A stretch of DNA of 64,000 nucleotides, from contig CDMY01000007.1 of NCBI GenBank assembly GCA_001179505.1, positions 1-64,000 on the forward strand, written 5' to 3'. Made by a program: the position numbers and the translations under genes. Below are positions 38,827-50,706 of the stretch, in pieces (the first letter of the stretch is position 1; the number at the start of each line of letters is the position of its first letter). The notes beneath the pieces are model-generated. The model did not search any database. It saw only the letters and a program-made list of their open reading frames with translations, and was not told the DNA's origin. The stretch is from Vitrella brassicaformis CCMP3155. Its lineage: Eukaryota > Protista > Chromerida.

Positions 38827-41800
38827 ATGGGCAATACGCTGCCGAGCTCATCTGGCAGCCGCGGCTACGAACTCGATGTCCGCACCTTTCTGTTCGAGTA
38901 CCCAGATGTGGTCTTCCAGAACCTCCTCGCCTCCAACCGGCTCTTCCGCGTCATCCGCTGCCTCCACGAGACCGACGGACCGGTCGTCGTCAAGCTCTTC
39001 GTCCGACCGCCGGAACCGCTGCCCTCGCCAGGGCCCGACAAACACCATCTGCCGGAGGATCTGGAGCAGATCCAGCAGCAGCTGCTCGCCATCAAGAGCG
39101 CATTCTCGCCGCAGATCCATCCCAATGTGTTCCCCTTCCAGCGGGTGGAGCTGTCCGACCGGTCCGCCTGCCTCGTCCGGCCGTTCTTCGCCCACAACCT
39201 CTACGAGCGGTTCCACACGCGGCCGTTCCTGACGCCTCTGCGGCTGCAGTGGGTGGCCTTCCAGCTGCTGGCCGGTCTCTGCCAGGCGCACTCGATGGGC
39301 GTGTCGCACGGCGACCTCAAGACGGAGAACGTGCTGGTGACGTCGTGGCTGCACGCTTACCTGGGCGACTTTGCGTCGTTCAAGCCGGTGTATCTGCCCG
39401 AGAACGACCCGGCGCTCTTCTCGCTGTTTTTCGAGTCGGAGAGCAGAAGAAGATGCTACCTCGCGCCAGAACGGTAAATGGTGAAAGGGACACAGACGAC
39501 ACACATGCCAGCAGAGGGCCCAGTGTGTGTGTGTGTGTGTCAGTCTGTATAGCTCTCCCCAGGAGCTTAAGAGCTTCAGCCTCTCCCTGTCGGCCCGTTT
39601 GCGGATGGATGTCTTCTCGATGGGCTGCGTGCTCGCCGAGCTCTTCTCCGAGGGCACCTCCGTCCTGGACCTTCCCCAGCTGCTGCAGCTGCGTGCCAAC
39701 GCCCTTGACCCCACCAACTGGCCCGCCGTCACGCGACTCACAGACGACACCGTCCGGGGCCTGCTCGTCCGGCTCATGCTGCAGAAAGACCCCGCTAAAC
39801 GCACCGACGCGATAGCGTGCTTCGAGGCCTTCTGCAGGGACGTCTTCCCCAGGTGTTTCATGACGGTGCTCTTCCCTCTGTATGTGTTGCTGCTGCACCC
39901 GCTCTACCAGAGCCCCGACATGAGGGTGGCTCTGGTCCGCGAGAACCTGCCGGCCATCTTGGAGGGGCTGCTGGGGGCTGAGGGCGGGGCGAGGGAGGAG
40001 ATCCGGCAACGGGTGGATGAGCAGGTGCCGGAGATCGACGCCCTGACGACTTATCAGGTGTGTGAATGGATTTATGAGTACACGGACGGGAGGACAGTCA
40101 GTCGTGTGGACGGACGCGGCGTGTCTGGTTGTGTTGGGAAACAAATGCAGATCCTTCTCAATGCCGCATCGATCGCCCCCGCAGTGCTCGACAGCCGCAT
40201 CCTGGGGGCAGCCTGGGCCAAGGAGCATACCACCAACAGCAGCGCAGACCACACAGACTCCCAGGACGGCAGCAAGGGCATGCGCGAGGCGTCACCCTTC
40301 CCACACCCAGTGCTGGACCAGGAGAGGGGCGAGGAGTTCTCCAGGCGGCTGGTGGACCTCTGGCGCAAGACCGGCAAGATGTTTCTGGATGCCGAGCAGT
40401 CCCCGGGCACCGCCCAGCCGATGGCCCGTGACGCTGTCGACGCCGCCAGGGCATCCCTCTACGACGTCTTCTTCCGCCCCTCCCAGCCCCACAACGCACC
40501 ACAGCCGCCGCCCCCGCCCCCCTCTCTGCACGCGAGGCCGTGTGTGTGCCCAAAGGACGACACCGTGACCATCCTCGTGGGTCTGCTGTGCTCGTGCGTC
40601 GCCCACGTCAGCTCGCCCCGGTGCCGCGCAGTATGTGTGGGAATGCTCCGGTGCCTGGCGCCCTACAGCACGTCGCCCTGCCTGCTGGAGCTGACCATTC
40701 CCTGCGTACTGCAGCTGCTCAACGACCCTGTGGGCGTCATCCGTGCGGTGACCGTCGAGTGCGTGTTGGAGGCGGTGGGCCAGGTGGAGGAGGTGCCTGC
40801 GGGGGACGCCCACCTGATGACCGAGTACGTCTTCCCCAGTCTGCTCAACTGTGTGGCGTCGCCGCAGCTGCTCGACGGCACCATGAGCGGGCCGACCAGT
40901 CTGCAGCTGCAACCCAACTTTGAGCCATCGCTGCGCCGGTCTTTGGCGCGGAGTGTGGCCGCTCTAGCCAAGGCGGGGGTGCTCTTCATCGAGAAGGAAC
41001 TGCAGCGGAGGTCAGACAGACAGTGGGTGGGGAGATAGGGAGAGTGCGCGTGTGACACGTGTTGTGTGTTGTGGTGTGTGTGTTCAGGAGTCGGCTGAGC
41101 AGCTCGACCCCCAGTGCATCGGCGGCCGTGGCGGAGGAGAGGACGGATGCCGCCGCCAACAGCGACACCTTCGACGGTATGCAGCAACCTACGTGGTGTG
41201 TATCATTTCAATGTGTGTGTGTGTGTGTGTTGCAGGGCGTTTGGCCCAGCTGCGTGAGCTTGTGAGGCAGCTAATCCAGGGCCTGCTCGCCGGGGACGAC
41301 CCCAACGTCAAAATAGCCCTACTGGAGACGGTGGGTGAGTTGGCGGAGTTTCTGGGTCGGAAGGAGGCGCACAACTTCCTGCTGCCGTACCTGATTACCT
41401 TCATGAACGACCCCCACGGCAGCGTCCGTGCCCACTTCTGCGAACACCTCCCGGCCGTCGCACCCCTAGTCGGCGCAGTGGCCGTCGAGGGATTCATCTA
41501 CCCCTGCTTCGACCAGGCCCTCATCGACCCTGAAGAGGAGGTCAGTTCAGCCGGGAGACCTTCTCTTAAAGTCTTTCGTCCGAGACACGGCACAGAGTGC
41601 GTGTGGTGTGGTGTGTGACGGGTGTGGTGTGCAGGTGGTGGAGGCGGGTTTGAAGGGTTTGGCGTCGATGGTGTCTCAGAAGCTGTTCCGGCAGAGCCGC
41701 ATGCTGAGCATCGCCAGGAGCGTGGCGCCGCTGCTGCTGCACCCCTCGTCATACCTCCGACAGGCCGCTTGCACACTCATGCAGGCCATCGAAGTATGCG

Positions 41801-44635
41801 AGAAACACACAGAGACGCACGCAGGCAATCACATGGTCGATCCATCCATTGATTTCTCAGGTGGAGCTGTCTCCGGCTGGGAGTCTGGCGCTGCTGTACC
41901 CGCTCATCCGTCACGTGCTCACCAAGCGGCCGCCTTTCCCCACACACGGCGCGCTCGAGCGGTACCTCAAGCCGCCTGCCTCACGGAAGGCCCTCTTCCG
42001 AGCCGTGCAAAGTAAGCTACCTACCAGCACCCAAATGGACACAACCGCTTCGGTCCACTTGTGTGTATGTGGTTCGTCTGTCCGCCCATCAGCCATTCGC
42101 GAGGAGATGTCTCAGGGCAGCGTGCGGCACACCAATGAAGAGGGAGCCACACAGCCACAACCCGCACCAGCAGCAGTCACGGATCAGGAGCTGTCGGCGA
42201 GTGACAGGGAGGCGGTGGAGGTGCTGCGGCCCTTCCTGCAGGGGGTGCTGACCCTCCAGAGCTCGCGCTACCCCAATATGCACCTCTACGGCGTTGGCGG
42301 CATGTCCCCTCTGCCCGGCAGCAGCCACTCGGAAGGGGACGCACGGACCACATACGGCATGAGGACGGTGTCTCGTGTGCCCCCGCACACCCTCCCCTGC
42401 GTGCAAGCCTCCCCCCTTCACGCCAACTTCCCCACACGCGTCCGAGCGGAGCTCGATGACTTCTGCCGCATCCCACCACACACGCCGGCAGCAGCATCTG
42501 ACCACACCTCGCCCCCCACCATCCCGCCCTCTCTCCCATCCACCCCCTCCCTCCCGCCATCGAGCGAGCCCACCGAGCGGCCCGCCGCGGCCCCTTTAGC
42601 CAACGTCAAGGCCAGCACACGGCGGCCGCCTTGTGTCGACGAGAGTGGCAACTGGATCGACTGGCGTCTCGACTCACTGGAGGCGCCCACACCTCCTCTG
42701 GACCTGGGCGTCCTCACCGGGCTGGATGGGTCGCCCTACTCGCTGTATGCGCACCTGCCGCCCCCTCCATCCCACCCGCCCCCGCCCCCCACCAGCCACC
42801 CACACAGGGACAGCGACATGTCGACAGCCGACGGCCGGGGGCCGTTCGAACGCGCGGCGACGGCCGGGGTGGGCTGGTTTGTGTCCACCAGTGGCGACCT
42901 TCTCTACGATTGGGACGGTGAATTGGACCCATCTGAACGGCCGGGAGAGAGGTCAGTGTCTGGCCCTTCGCCGCCTTCCCTCATCCCCGGCATCCCGGGG
43001 TATGTGACGGCCCCATCAGAGGGGAAGGAGGCCCGCGAAGCTGAGGGGATGCTCCTCTCGCCCGTCTCACACGCATCACAGCCTTTCTCTCTTGAGATCG
43101 GTGCGCCGTCGATCAGCGGCGCGATGGCTGGGGGCAGCATGGTGGGACTGAGCACGTGGCGGCCCCAGGGGCTGCTGGTGTCGACTCTGTACGAGCACGA
43201 GGGCGGCGGGGGGTGTCCCGTGACGCACATTGACGTGACCGACGACGGGCGCATTCTCGTCTCGGGCGGCGCCAACGGCCGCATGAAGCTGTGGAACTGC
43301 GCCTCACTGGAGAAGGACGTGAGCGTCACGTCAGTCAAGACGTTCGCCCTCCCCAGGGGCACCTCCCTGACCGCTCTGAGGACCATCCGCAACACCAAGG
43401 GCGCGGCGGTGGGCGGCTCTGACGGCATCGTCAGGCTCTACAAGCTCGAGGTGGCCAGGGGCGGGATGGCACACGAGGTCGCCGCCATCAAGACCTCAGC
43501 AGAAGGATCGGCCGGTGGCCAGCCCTCCACCTCTGCTCTGTCGATCGCGGCCATTCAGCACTTCGACACTGATTTCGAGAGTGTTGTGGTGTTTGCGACG
43601 GAGGGGGGCGTGCTGCAGGGGTGGGACCTACGGGCGCCCCCTCACAGGGAGACCTCACTGGGCTTCCACCTGACTACGCCCTTCTCGTGGGGCAACCTCT
43701 ACTCGCTCTGCCTGGCCCCCGACAGCAGGTGGCTGTGCGTCGGCACACTCGGCGGCGTCATCGCCCTCTATGACCTCCGCTTCCTGGCCCCCATGCGCGT
43801 GTGGCGGCTGACTTCAGCGCTGCCCATTCTCTCCCTCGCACCGTGCCGCGAGCAGCTGCAGCAGGCGGGCGTATTCGCTGCTCTCGGTGGGGCCAACAAC
43901 GAGGTGGCTCTATTCGACCTCGCGAATGGCCGGTGCGCCACTCTGTTCCGCACCAACGCGCCCAGCAGTGAGAGCGGCGAGGGACTGGGCAGCCAGGTGC
44001 CCACCCTGACGGACATCAGTGCTCTGGAGCTGTCCGCTTCCCCGCCATCCATCAACGTGACGCCGGCCAACCGGTCCCACGGGCTGCACACGCTCTCTGT
44101 GGACGTGATGCAGTCGAACCTCCGCCACGCCTTCCACTCGAGCCACAACGTCCGCAGCATCTGGGCGCCTCCCCCCTCCCTCCAGACATTCATTCTTGCC
44201 GGCGGAACGGACAGGAAAGTCCGATACCTCAGCCTGGAGCGGTGCACGAGCGACTCGTACGTCGTCATCGGGGGGCAGGGGAGCGGCGGGCGGGATGCAG
44301 CAGCGGCGTCGAGCTCATTTGCGTCCTATGCGGCGACCAACGTCGACAGCACTCTGGTGGTGCAGGAGTACACTCAAGGGGGCGGTGGTGGCTCGAGTCA
44401 CGGAGGCGGATACGGCAGGCAGGACAGCGATTTGTATGGCGAGGGCGAGATGATGAACGAGGGCGGCATGGCGCACACCGGCCGGTTTGAGGGGCTGGGC
44501 GACGTGAGCGAGATGGGCCCGATGCCGCCGTCGCCGCATCACAGGGACGCCATTCTGGACGTCAGAGTGATGAGTCTGTCGAGCCATCTGATGATCACTA
44601 GCGGGCGGGACGGGCTGGTCAAGATATGGAAATGA
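38827..44635 (+). CDS. VPS15: PI3K regulatory subunit 4 / Vps15 (kinase-like, HEAT and WD40 domains)
   Basis: MGN myristoylation start; VVVKLFV; HGDLKTENVLVTSW..LGDFASFKPVYLPENDPALFSLFFE..RRRCYLAPER; MDVFSMGCVLAELF; HEAT region FLLPYLITFMND; WD40s WRPQGLLVSTLYEH and ITSGRDGLVKIWK*. Confidence 0.96.
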
Positions 44636-45930
44636 GTAGAGAAGAGGCAAGAGAAAAGGCGAGTAGGTTTGTGTGTGGCATGGATCCATAAGTGCACACT
44701 TGGGTGGGTGTGGTACGTGTTTGTTTGTGTTGCATCCATCACATCAGGGGGAGGGGCAGGGGGAGAGAGAAGGGGGACGCTATATGTCGTATCGATCGAT
44801 CGCATTCATTCTTCCTTTGATCTGTGCAATGGCATGTCGGCTGGCTGCGTAGGGGGAGGCGGGTGGGTGGCTGCGTCTTTCTATCGCTCATTGCCCATGG
44901 CATATGCCTACGCATCGACACTGACATATGTAGAATATATATGCTGTATTTTGCGACCACTGCAAAGCGACGGAAAGACGAGCACGGTGCACTACCATCA
45001 CTCTTTGCCTGCAGCAGCGCCCTGTCCACCAACAGCCGTGGTGCATACGAGAGAGGCAGAGAGAGAACAGAGGACATCGAATAGGAAATGCAGCCAGCGA
45101 TGAAGACCTGATCAATGGGGCTTCACACATTGGTCGAGAAATTGGATGAGAGGCTGGTGGTTTCGGGCACCGAAGCGACCCGCCAGGATGCTTGAGTGCA
45201 CACACCATCCCTCATTCGATCAGAGGGCTGTCTGTGTGTGTGTGTGTGTGTGGATGTGTGTGGTGGACACATGCACACACAGCCACCGACTGTGTGGCAG
45301 GTAGCTCGTTATGGATAATCCACGCCGTTGATGTGTCCCTTGTATGCAGCCGTCGTTGACAAAAGACAAAAATCCGTCCAACACATACACATACACACAC
45401 ACATCAAAGCACGAGGGGGGTTCTGTCAACAAAGAGAAGAGAGAGGGCTTCTGTCTGAGTCGTCGTGTCTTGTTCGCTTGTCCCTGCCACCCAACTGACA
45501 TCACCGACATCATCGAGACACGACACGGAAAGTGATGCAGGCAGACCCTCCGTCTGTATCGCCTGGGATACCGCTCTTTTTGCCTCTGTCTGTGCCTGTG
45601 TCTGTGTCTGCGTCTGCGTCTCTGTCTGTCTGTCTGTCTGTCTGTCTGTTCGAGCCACCGTCAGTTCTTCATCACGTACTCGCCCACAGGTGGTCAAAAG
45701 GGTGGTGCAATGCCAAGTCAGAAAAACAAAGGAGTCAGGCGTCGCGTAGCCAACTGAACTGCCTGTGTGCCTAAACAGAGCCGAATGGAAGGAGGTCACA
45801 CCCAACTACAATCCATCCATCCATCCATGTGGTGTGGATGGATGAATGAGCGTGTGTGTGATGGTGTGTCTGATTGTGTGTGAGTGTGTGTGCGTGAGTG
45901 AGTGTGCGGTGTGTGTTATGATATGGGGCC

Positions 45931-48900
45931 TCAATCCTTCCACACAGCTTGGTCGCCTCCATCCACCGCCGCCCTCGTGTCGTCAATCGCCGCACCCGAT
46001 GCCGAAGTCAGCACCTGGTGGGGGACGCTCGACAGGTTCATTACCACTGCACCATCACACACACCAGAATGCAAAGGCGTCCTCGCACATCCAAGTCTGA
46101 CAAGAACTGACCCCTTGGTGTTGTGTTCGTCATGGCTCCGCCGCTCGAGGCCGACGATGTTGAGACTGAAGCTCCCGCCTGCACACACACACGGACATTG
46201 GAATGTGCGTACCTATGTGGTGATGTGCTGTGCTGTGCTGTGATGCGATGCGATCTGATGTTCATCCGACTGACCACGGCGGCCTGCACCTGGGACTTGG
46301 CATAGGCCGGCACAGCCTGCATCAGGTCCGACTGCACGACAGAGACGCATATGTGACGAATATGTGTGGCTGTCTGTCCGTGTCTGTGTGCGGAGCCGTA
46401 CCAGTGCCGGGAGCCCCGCCTGAGGCGGGGGCTGCAGAGGGCGATAAGGCATCGACACTCCCGCAGCGGCAGCGGGTGCAGAGCTCTTGGCCTGACGCAG
46501 GGAAATGGACAGTGGCGTGATGTGGTGCAAGTGGGAAGCGATGTGGGTGACAAAGGGGGTCTGTACGCGTGGACGCAGGAGTATCTTGGGTACAGCTTCG
46601 GCCATCGGAGAGTTCTGGAACGCGCCAACAAGCCCCTGAGTGCCATGACAGTAGGAGAGAGGGAGACACACATGCAGATTCGGTCATGTGCACACACACA
46701 CTCAGAAACGTACCTGCATGTGTACGAGTGGAGGGGTTGGGGGTCGCGAGGGAGCCCCCGGCATGTGCATCGGCACAGCTGCAGCCGCCGCCGCCGCCTC
46801 CGACTGACACAGTCATAGGAACGGAGAATGCGTGTGCTGTGCTGTGGTGGGCTGAGGGTGGGATTCATCTATGTCTGGATGCCCATGCGCACCATAGACA
46901 GGGAGCTCCCGTACGAACTTGACTGACACACAGGGAGAGAAAGAGTGCATACGTCAGGTGGGGTGGGTGGGTGGGTGGAGCTCACTCACCATTGGACTCG
47001 TCGGCGCGAAACCAAAGCTCTGACACGGTTCAGAGAAAGAGAGGGACCGCCTCAGTGTATTGGGGGAATGTACCTGAGTTGTGTGTGCTGGCGAGTGCGA
47101 TATTGACGAGGGCGGGCGAGACGGGGCGCCCGCCGACGCCGACAGGGCCTTGGCGCCACCTCCAACCATACCATTCTGACACAAAACACGCAAGCAAACA
47201 GAGAGAGAGAGGGGGGGGAGAGATGAGCACGCCTTGTTCTCCACACAGATGTGCATAGAGTGCGTGGCGTTATACATTCATGATGCTACTGTCGCCAACA
47301 CGGATCTCAACCTCAGGCATGCCCTGACAAGAGAAGAGAGATGTGTACGGTGGATACACCATCAAACCGTGCTGGGGGATGCTTACTGCTCCCGCGGCCC
47401 CCCAGTCCCCGCCGCCCCACTGGCCGCCAAGATCTCCCATATCACCCCATCCCGGATACTCGTCATCCCCGCCTCCCTGCTCCTCCTCTTGCTGCTCCTG
47501 TGGCGTCTCAGGCAACACACCAGGCGGCATTAGAGGCATCATCATATCACCACCACCACCACCGGCAGCCGCCGCCGCCTGTGTACACACATACACAAAC
47601 AGCATCCGTCCTTTTCGTCCGTCTTTCACCCGCTCACCGTCGACATTTGATTGTTGTTGAAGCCGTGCGGCATGACGACCTGGCTCGATTGCTGCCGCTC
47701 CTGCACCGCCTGCGGCTGTACACACATCAACACGTGCCTGATGTGCCGTGTGCTCTCTTTGTTCGTTTCTCACGTGCTGAGTGGGGGTGTAGGGGGGGTT
47801 GTGTGTGTGGGGGTTCGTGTAGCCTTGCGATTGGGACTGCCCAGCAAAACTGACCATGTGCTGGACAGCAACAGAGAGCAAACGACACCAACGCATGAAT
47901 GCAGCCAGCCGTTATCCACATCCCTTGTCGATCTGCTGACCTGTGCCCCAGCCCCTGCAGGAGGGTGTGCTGCAAATGAGCTGGACGGGCCACCACCAAA
48001 CTGAGACACACGCATGAATTTTCCAATGTTCCCCCCACGCCCACCCATCTTTGCCCACCATGGGAGACGATGCGTTTATGAAGGGTTCCTGCTCATAGCT
48101 GGAGGGGATTGATGGGAATGTCGGCGAATCGAACGCCTTCACACAACAGCACATATCAGCAGCGTCACACGCACACACACATGGATGTGTCCGTCTGTAG
48201 CCCCACCGGTGCAGGCGGGCGTGGCGGGGGGGGGCTGCATGGCACCGAACGGGTTCAGCGCCAACGAGTTCTACAGCAGGGCAGGAGCAAACAAAAGGAC
48301 GGTTTGATTTGGACGGTTTCCCTTGCTGTTTCGCTGACCTGCGCAGTGGGTATCGAGTTGTTTGAACCGTTCATCGATCTGCTGAAACCATAGGTCTGCA
48401 GACAAACAACACACACACAGAGGGGAAGATACACGCAACACCCACGTGGCTGCGCGTATTCCCTCCCCGCCCACTGCCCTTGTTGCTTCGCTGACCGGTT
48501 CACTTCGTGGAGGGTGTCGCGGCTGAGACAAGCTGCCATTGGAGCCAACCATAGCCTGCAGACAAACAACACAGAAGGAGACACGCAACACATACATACA
48601 GGCATACGTGCGCCTTCCCTGCTGCTTCGCAGACGTGTGGGTTGGTTGGTCACCTGGTGAAAAGCCTAAGACGACACCACACACGACAAAGATGCAGCCG
48701 AGGTCCCCTGCATTCCTTGTTCCTCCCTCACCTGTGTCTGCATCTCATTCTGTGCCTGGTGACTGCCGCCCTGCATGATCTGATTCTGAGCCGGCCACAA
48801 GACACACGGAGGGAATATTGACGCATGCCATCTGTAGGGTCTGAGGGTCATACTGTGGCTGCAAAGAGCTCATTCTGATGGCGCCGTAACATGTCCGCAA

Positions 48901-48985
48901 ACTCATGCTCATGGCGCCTCCGAGTCGTCATGATCTGGATCTGCTGAAACCTCCACTGATCCGTGGAACTGGCCATTGGATACGC
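45931..48985 (-). CDS. Low-complexity (Q/M/P/G/S-rich) protein gene built from at least 19 short symmetric phase-0 exons
   Basis: Exons 48985-48854, 48779-48732, 48665-48654, 48555-48496, 48395-48339, 48270-48181, 48136-48059, 48000-47941, 47715-47638, 47578-47360, 47323-47276, 47175-47074, 47019-46990, 46922-46893, 46803-46714, 46635-46594, 46491-46402, 46331-46275 and from 46178. All have AG/GT flanks, are stop-free, and have lengths divisible by 3. The stop is at 46041 or 45931 depending on the last donor. The 5' end may extend into the gap. Confidence 0.75.
48274..48984. repeat. Inverted duplication, copy 2 (partner at 108-823)
   Basis: Reverse-complement match to 108-823. It contains the five 5'-most visible exons of the micro-exon gene. 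Confidence 0.95.
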
Positions 48986-49044
48986 CTGATGCAGAACCAC
49001 CAACATTGCAATGCTCCCATCATCCATCGCCCCCCCCCCCCCCC

Positions 49045-49343
49045 NNNNNNNNNNNNNNNNNNNNNNNNNNNNNNNNNNNNNNNNNNNNNNNNNNNNNNNN
49101 NNNNNNNNNNNNNNNNNNNNNNNNNNNNNNNNNNNNNNNNNNNNNNNNNNNNNNNNNNNNNNNNNNNNNNNNNNNNNNNNNNNNNNNNNNNNNNNNNNNN
49201 NNNNNNNNNNNNNNNNNNNNNNNNNNNNNNNNNNNNNNNNNNNNNNNNNNNNNNNNNNNNNNNNNNNNNNNNNNNNNNNNNNNNNNNNNNNNNNNNNNNN
49301 NNNNNNNNNNNNNNNNNNNNNNNNNNNNNNNNNNNNNNNNNNN
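49045..49343. other. Assembly gap (N run) flanked by poly-C
   Basis: 299 N, with C runs on both sides. Confidence 1.
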
Positions 49344-49576
49344 NCCCCCCCCCCCCCTCTGCAATGGCAACTCACCTCGAACGGGTCACTTGAGCGGAAC
49401 GACGCTGAGCTCTCGCCAGAAATCTTGCGTTCCGGCGGACCAGCAGGCGGCCGTGGCGGCCGAGAGCCCGACATGAGACCAAAACCAATCCAAGCAAAGC
49501 AAAAAGACGGTGTGGGCAAAAAGTTGAGTAAAGGTTTGCTTCCTCCAAGCTTTTTGAGCTGCGAGCTGTCGATCCT

Positions 49577-49815
49577 GGAGCAAAAAGACAGCTTTCTCCA
49601 CCAAAAAGATGGCTTCTTGAGCAAAAAGATGACTCGCCATTGCAAAAAGATAGATCATCCATCAAAAAGACAGCTTTTTGACCCAAAGAGATGACTGCCT
49701 CCACCAAAAAGACAGCTTTCTGACCAAGCAGCCAACTTGCTGCTGCCGACAGCCTTCTCATGCAGCATGACAGCCTTCTGAGACACAATGACAGTCTTTT
49801 GACCAGCCTGACAGC
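49577..49815 (+). repeat. Degenerate ~21-nt tandem repeat encoding decayed LxQKDSF-type heptads (frameshifted relic)
   Basis: Units ctggagcaaaaagacagcttt, ctccaccaaaaagatggcttc, ttgagcaaaaagatgactcg, ccattgcaaaaagatagatca, tccatcaaaaagacagcttt, ttgacccaaagagatgactgc, ctccaccaaaaagacagcttt and others. Several units are 20 nt, which breaks the frame. Confidence 0.75.
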
Positions 49816-50706
49816 TGCTCGGCCACAATCACACCCTTGCAATGAGAATGACGACTTTTTGACCATGAAGCCAACATCTGCTTGTCGGCACACACAGACA
49901 ACGTCACTGTCACCACTTTGGTCACCACACACAAACAGACACAGACACACACACCGATAAGGGATAAATCGGCACTCATGCGCGCACCGTCTCTTCGTTC
50001 CGCCGCTTGCTTCCGCGGAACTCACACACTGGGCAACACTACTCTACCCAAATGAAACACCCACACACACACACATCCATCCATCCACACCCACCCACAG
50101 ACGGACGGACAGATAGATAAATAGACTGATAGACTGACTGTCCCTTCTGACCTATGGGCAAGATGGGGCGGGCTGTGTGCTGCCTGCCTGTCTGCCTGCC
50201 TGCCTGCCTGATGGGCTGGATGGAGTGGACTCATCTATCGACAAGAAAGAATATGTCTCTCAGGCAAAGGCCCAGGCAATTGCGGAAGCACAAGCGCATC
50301 ACACGACATGAATGACACCATGACACCAGATGTAATCTAAGCACAGACTAATATTAGACACGCGGGCTAACTGATCAACGCTTCAACACCGAACCAATCA
50401 ACGACCGAGCGGCGTCGCACTCCGTCGACACCTTGCGAGCGTATCTCATCAGATCATCCACGCCTTGCTTCCACTGCCACCCACTGCCTCCTCTCTCGAC
50501 GACTGCACTGCGTTGCGCACCGCCGTCGCCATCGAAAGTCACCTCCACACTGGACAAGGTAAGCATCTTGACAGAGACTCGTTCGCACAACCACTGCGGG
50601 TACTTCTCGCGGAACCGACGCCTGAACTGACTCATCACCCGCTTGCCCTCCTCGCTGTCGGCCGGAACGGGGCCATCCGTCCCCGTCGACTCAGTTGTTT
50701 GCTGTG

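Noticed and set aside
38848-40912. Long antisense ORFs opposite VPS15 (and similar ones opposite TSR1, the kinase and other genes)
   Set aside because: These are shadow ORFs expected from GC-rich codon usage. The sense strand carries the conserved motifs and the antisense peptides show none.
44636-45930. ORFs and possible ncRNA between VPS15 and the micro-exon gene
   Set aside because: The region is SSR-rich convergent 3' intergenic sequence. The peptides are microsatellite translations, and no tRNA, snoRNA or rRNA signature was seen.
108-48984. Inverted repeats as terminal inverted repeats of a giant 49 kb transposon
   Set aside because: The repeats consist of spliced exons and introns of a cellular-type gene. 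The interior is ordinary housekeeping genes, and no transposase, integrase or target-site duplication is visible.
49030-49358. Poly-C/poly-G tracts read as poly-Pro or poly-Gly ORFs spanning the gap
   Set aside because: The ORFs run through Ns. The homopolymers probably caused the gap, and no coding claim is possible.
49577-49815. Regularly spaced caaaaaga units as a CRISPR-like array
   Set aside because: The period is only 20-21 nt, the units are degenerate with no unique spacers, there are no cas genes, and the context is eukaryotic.
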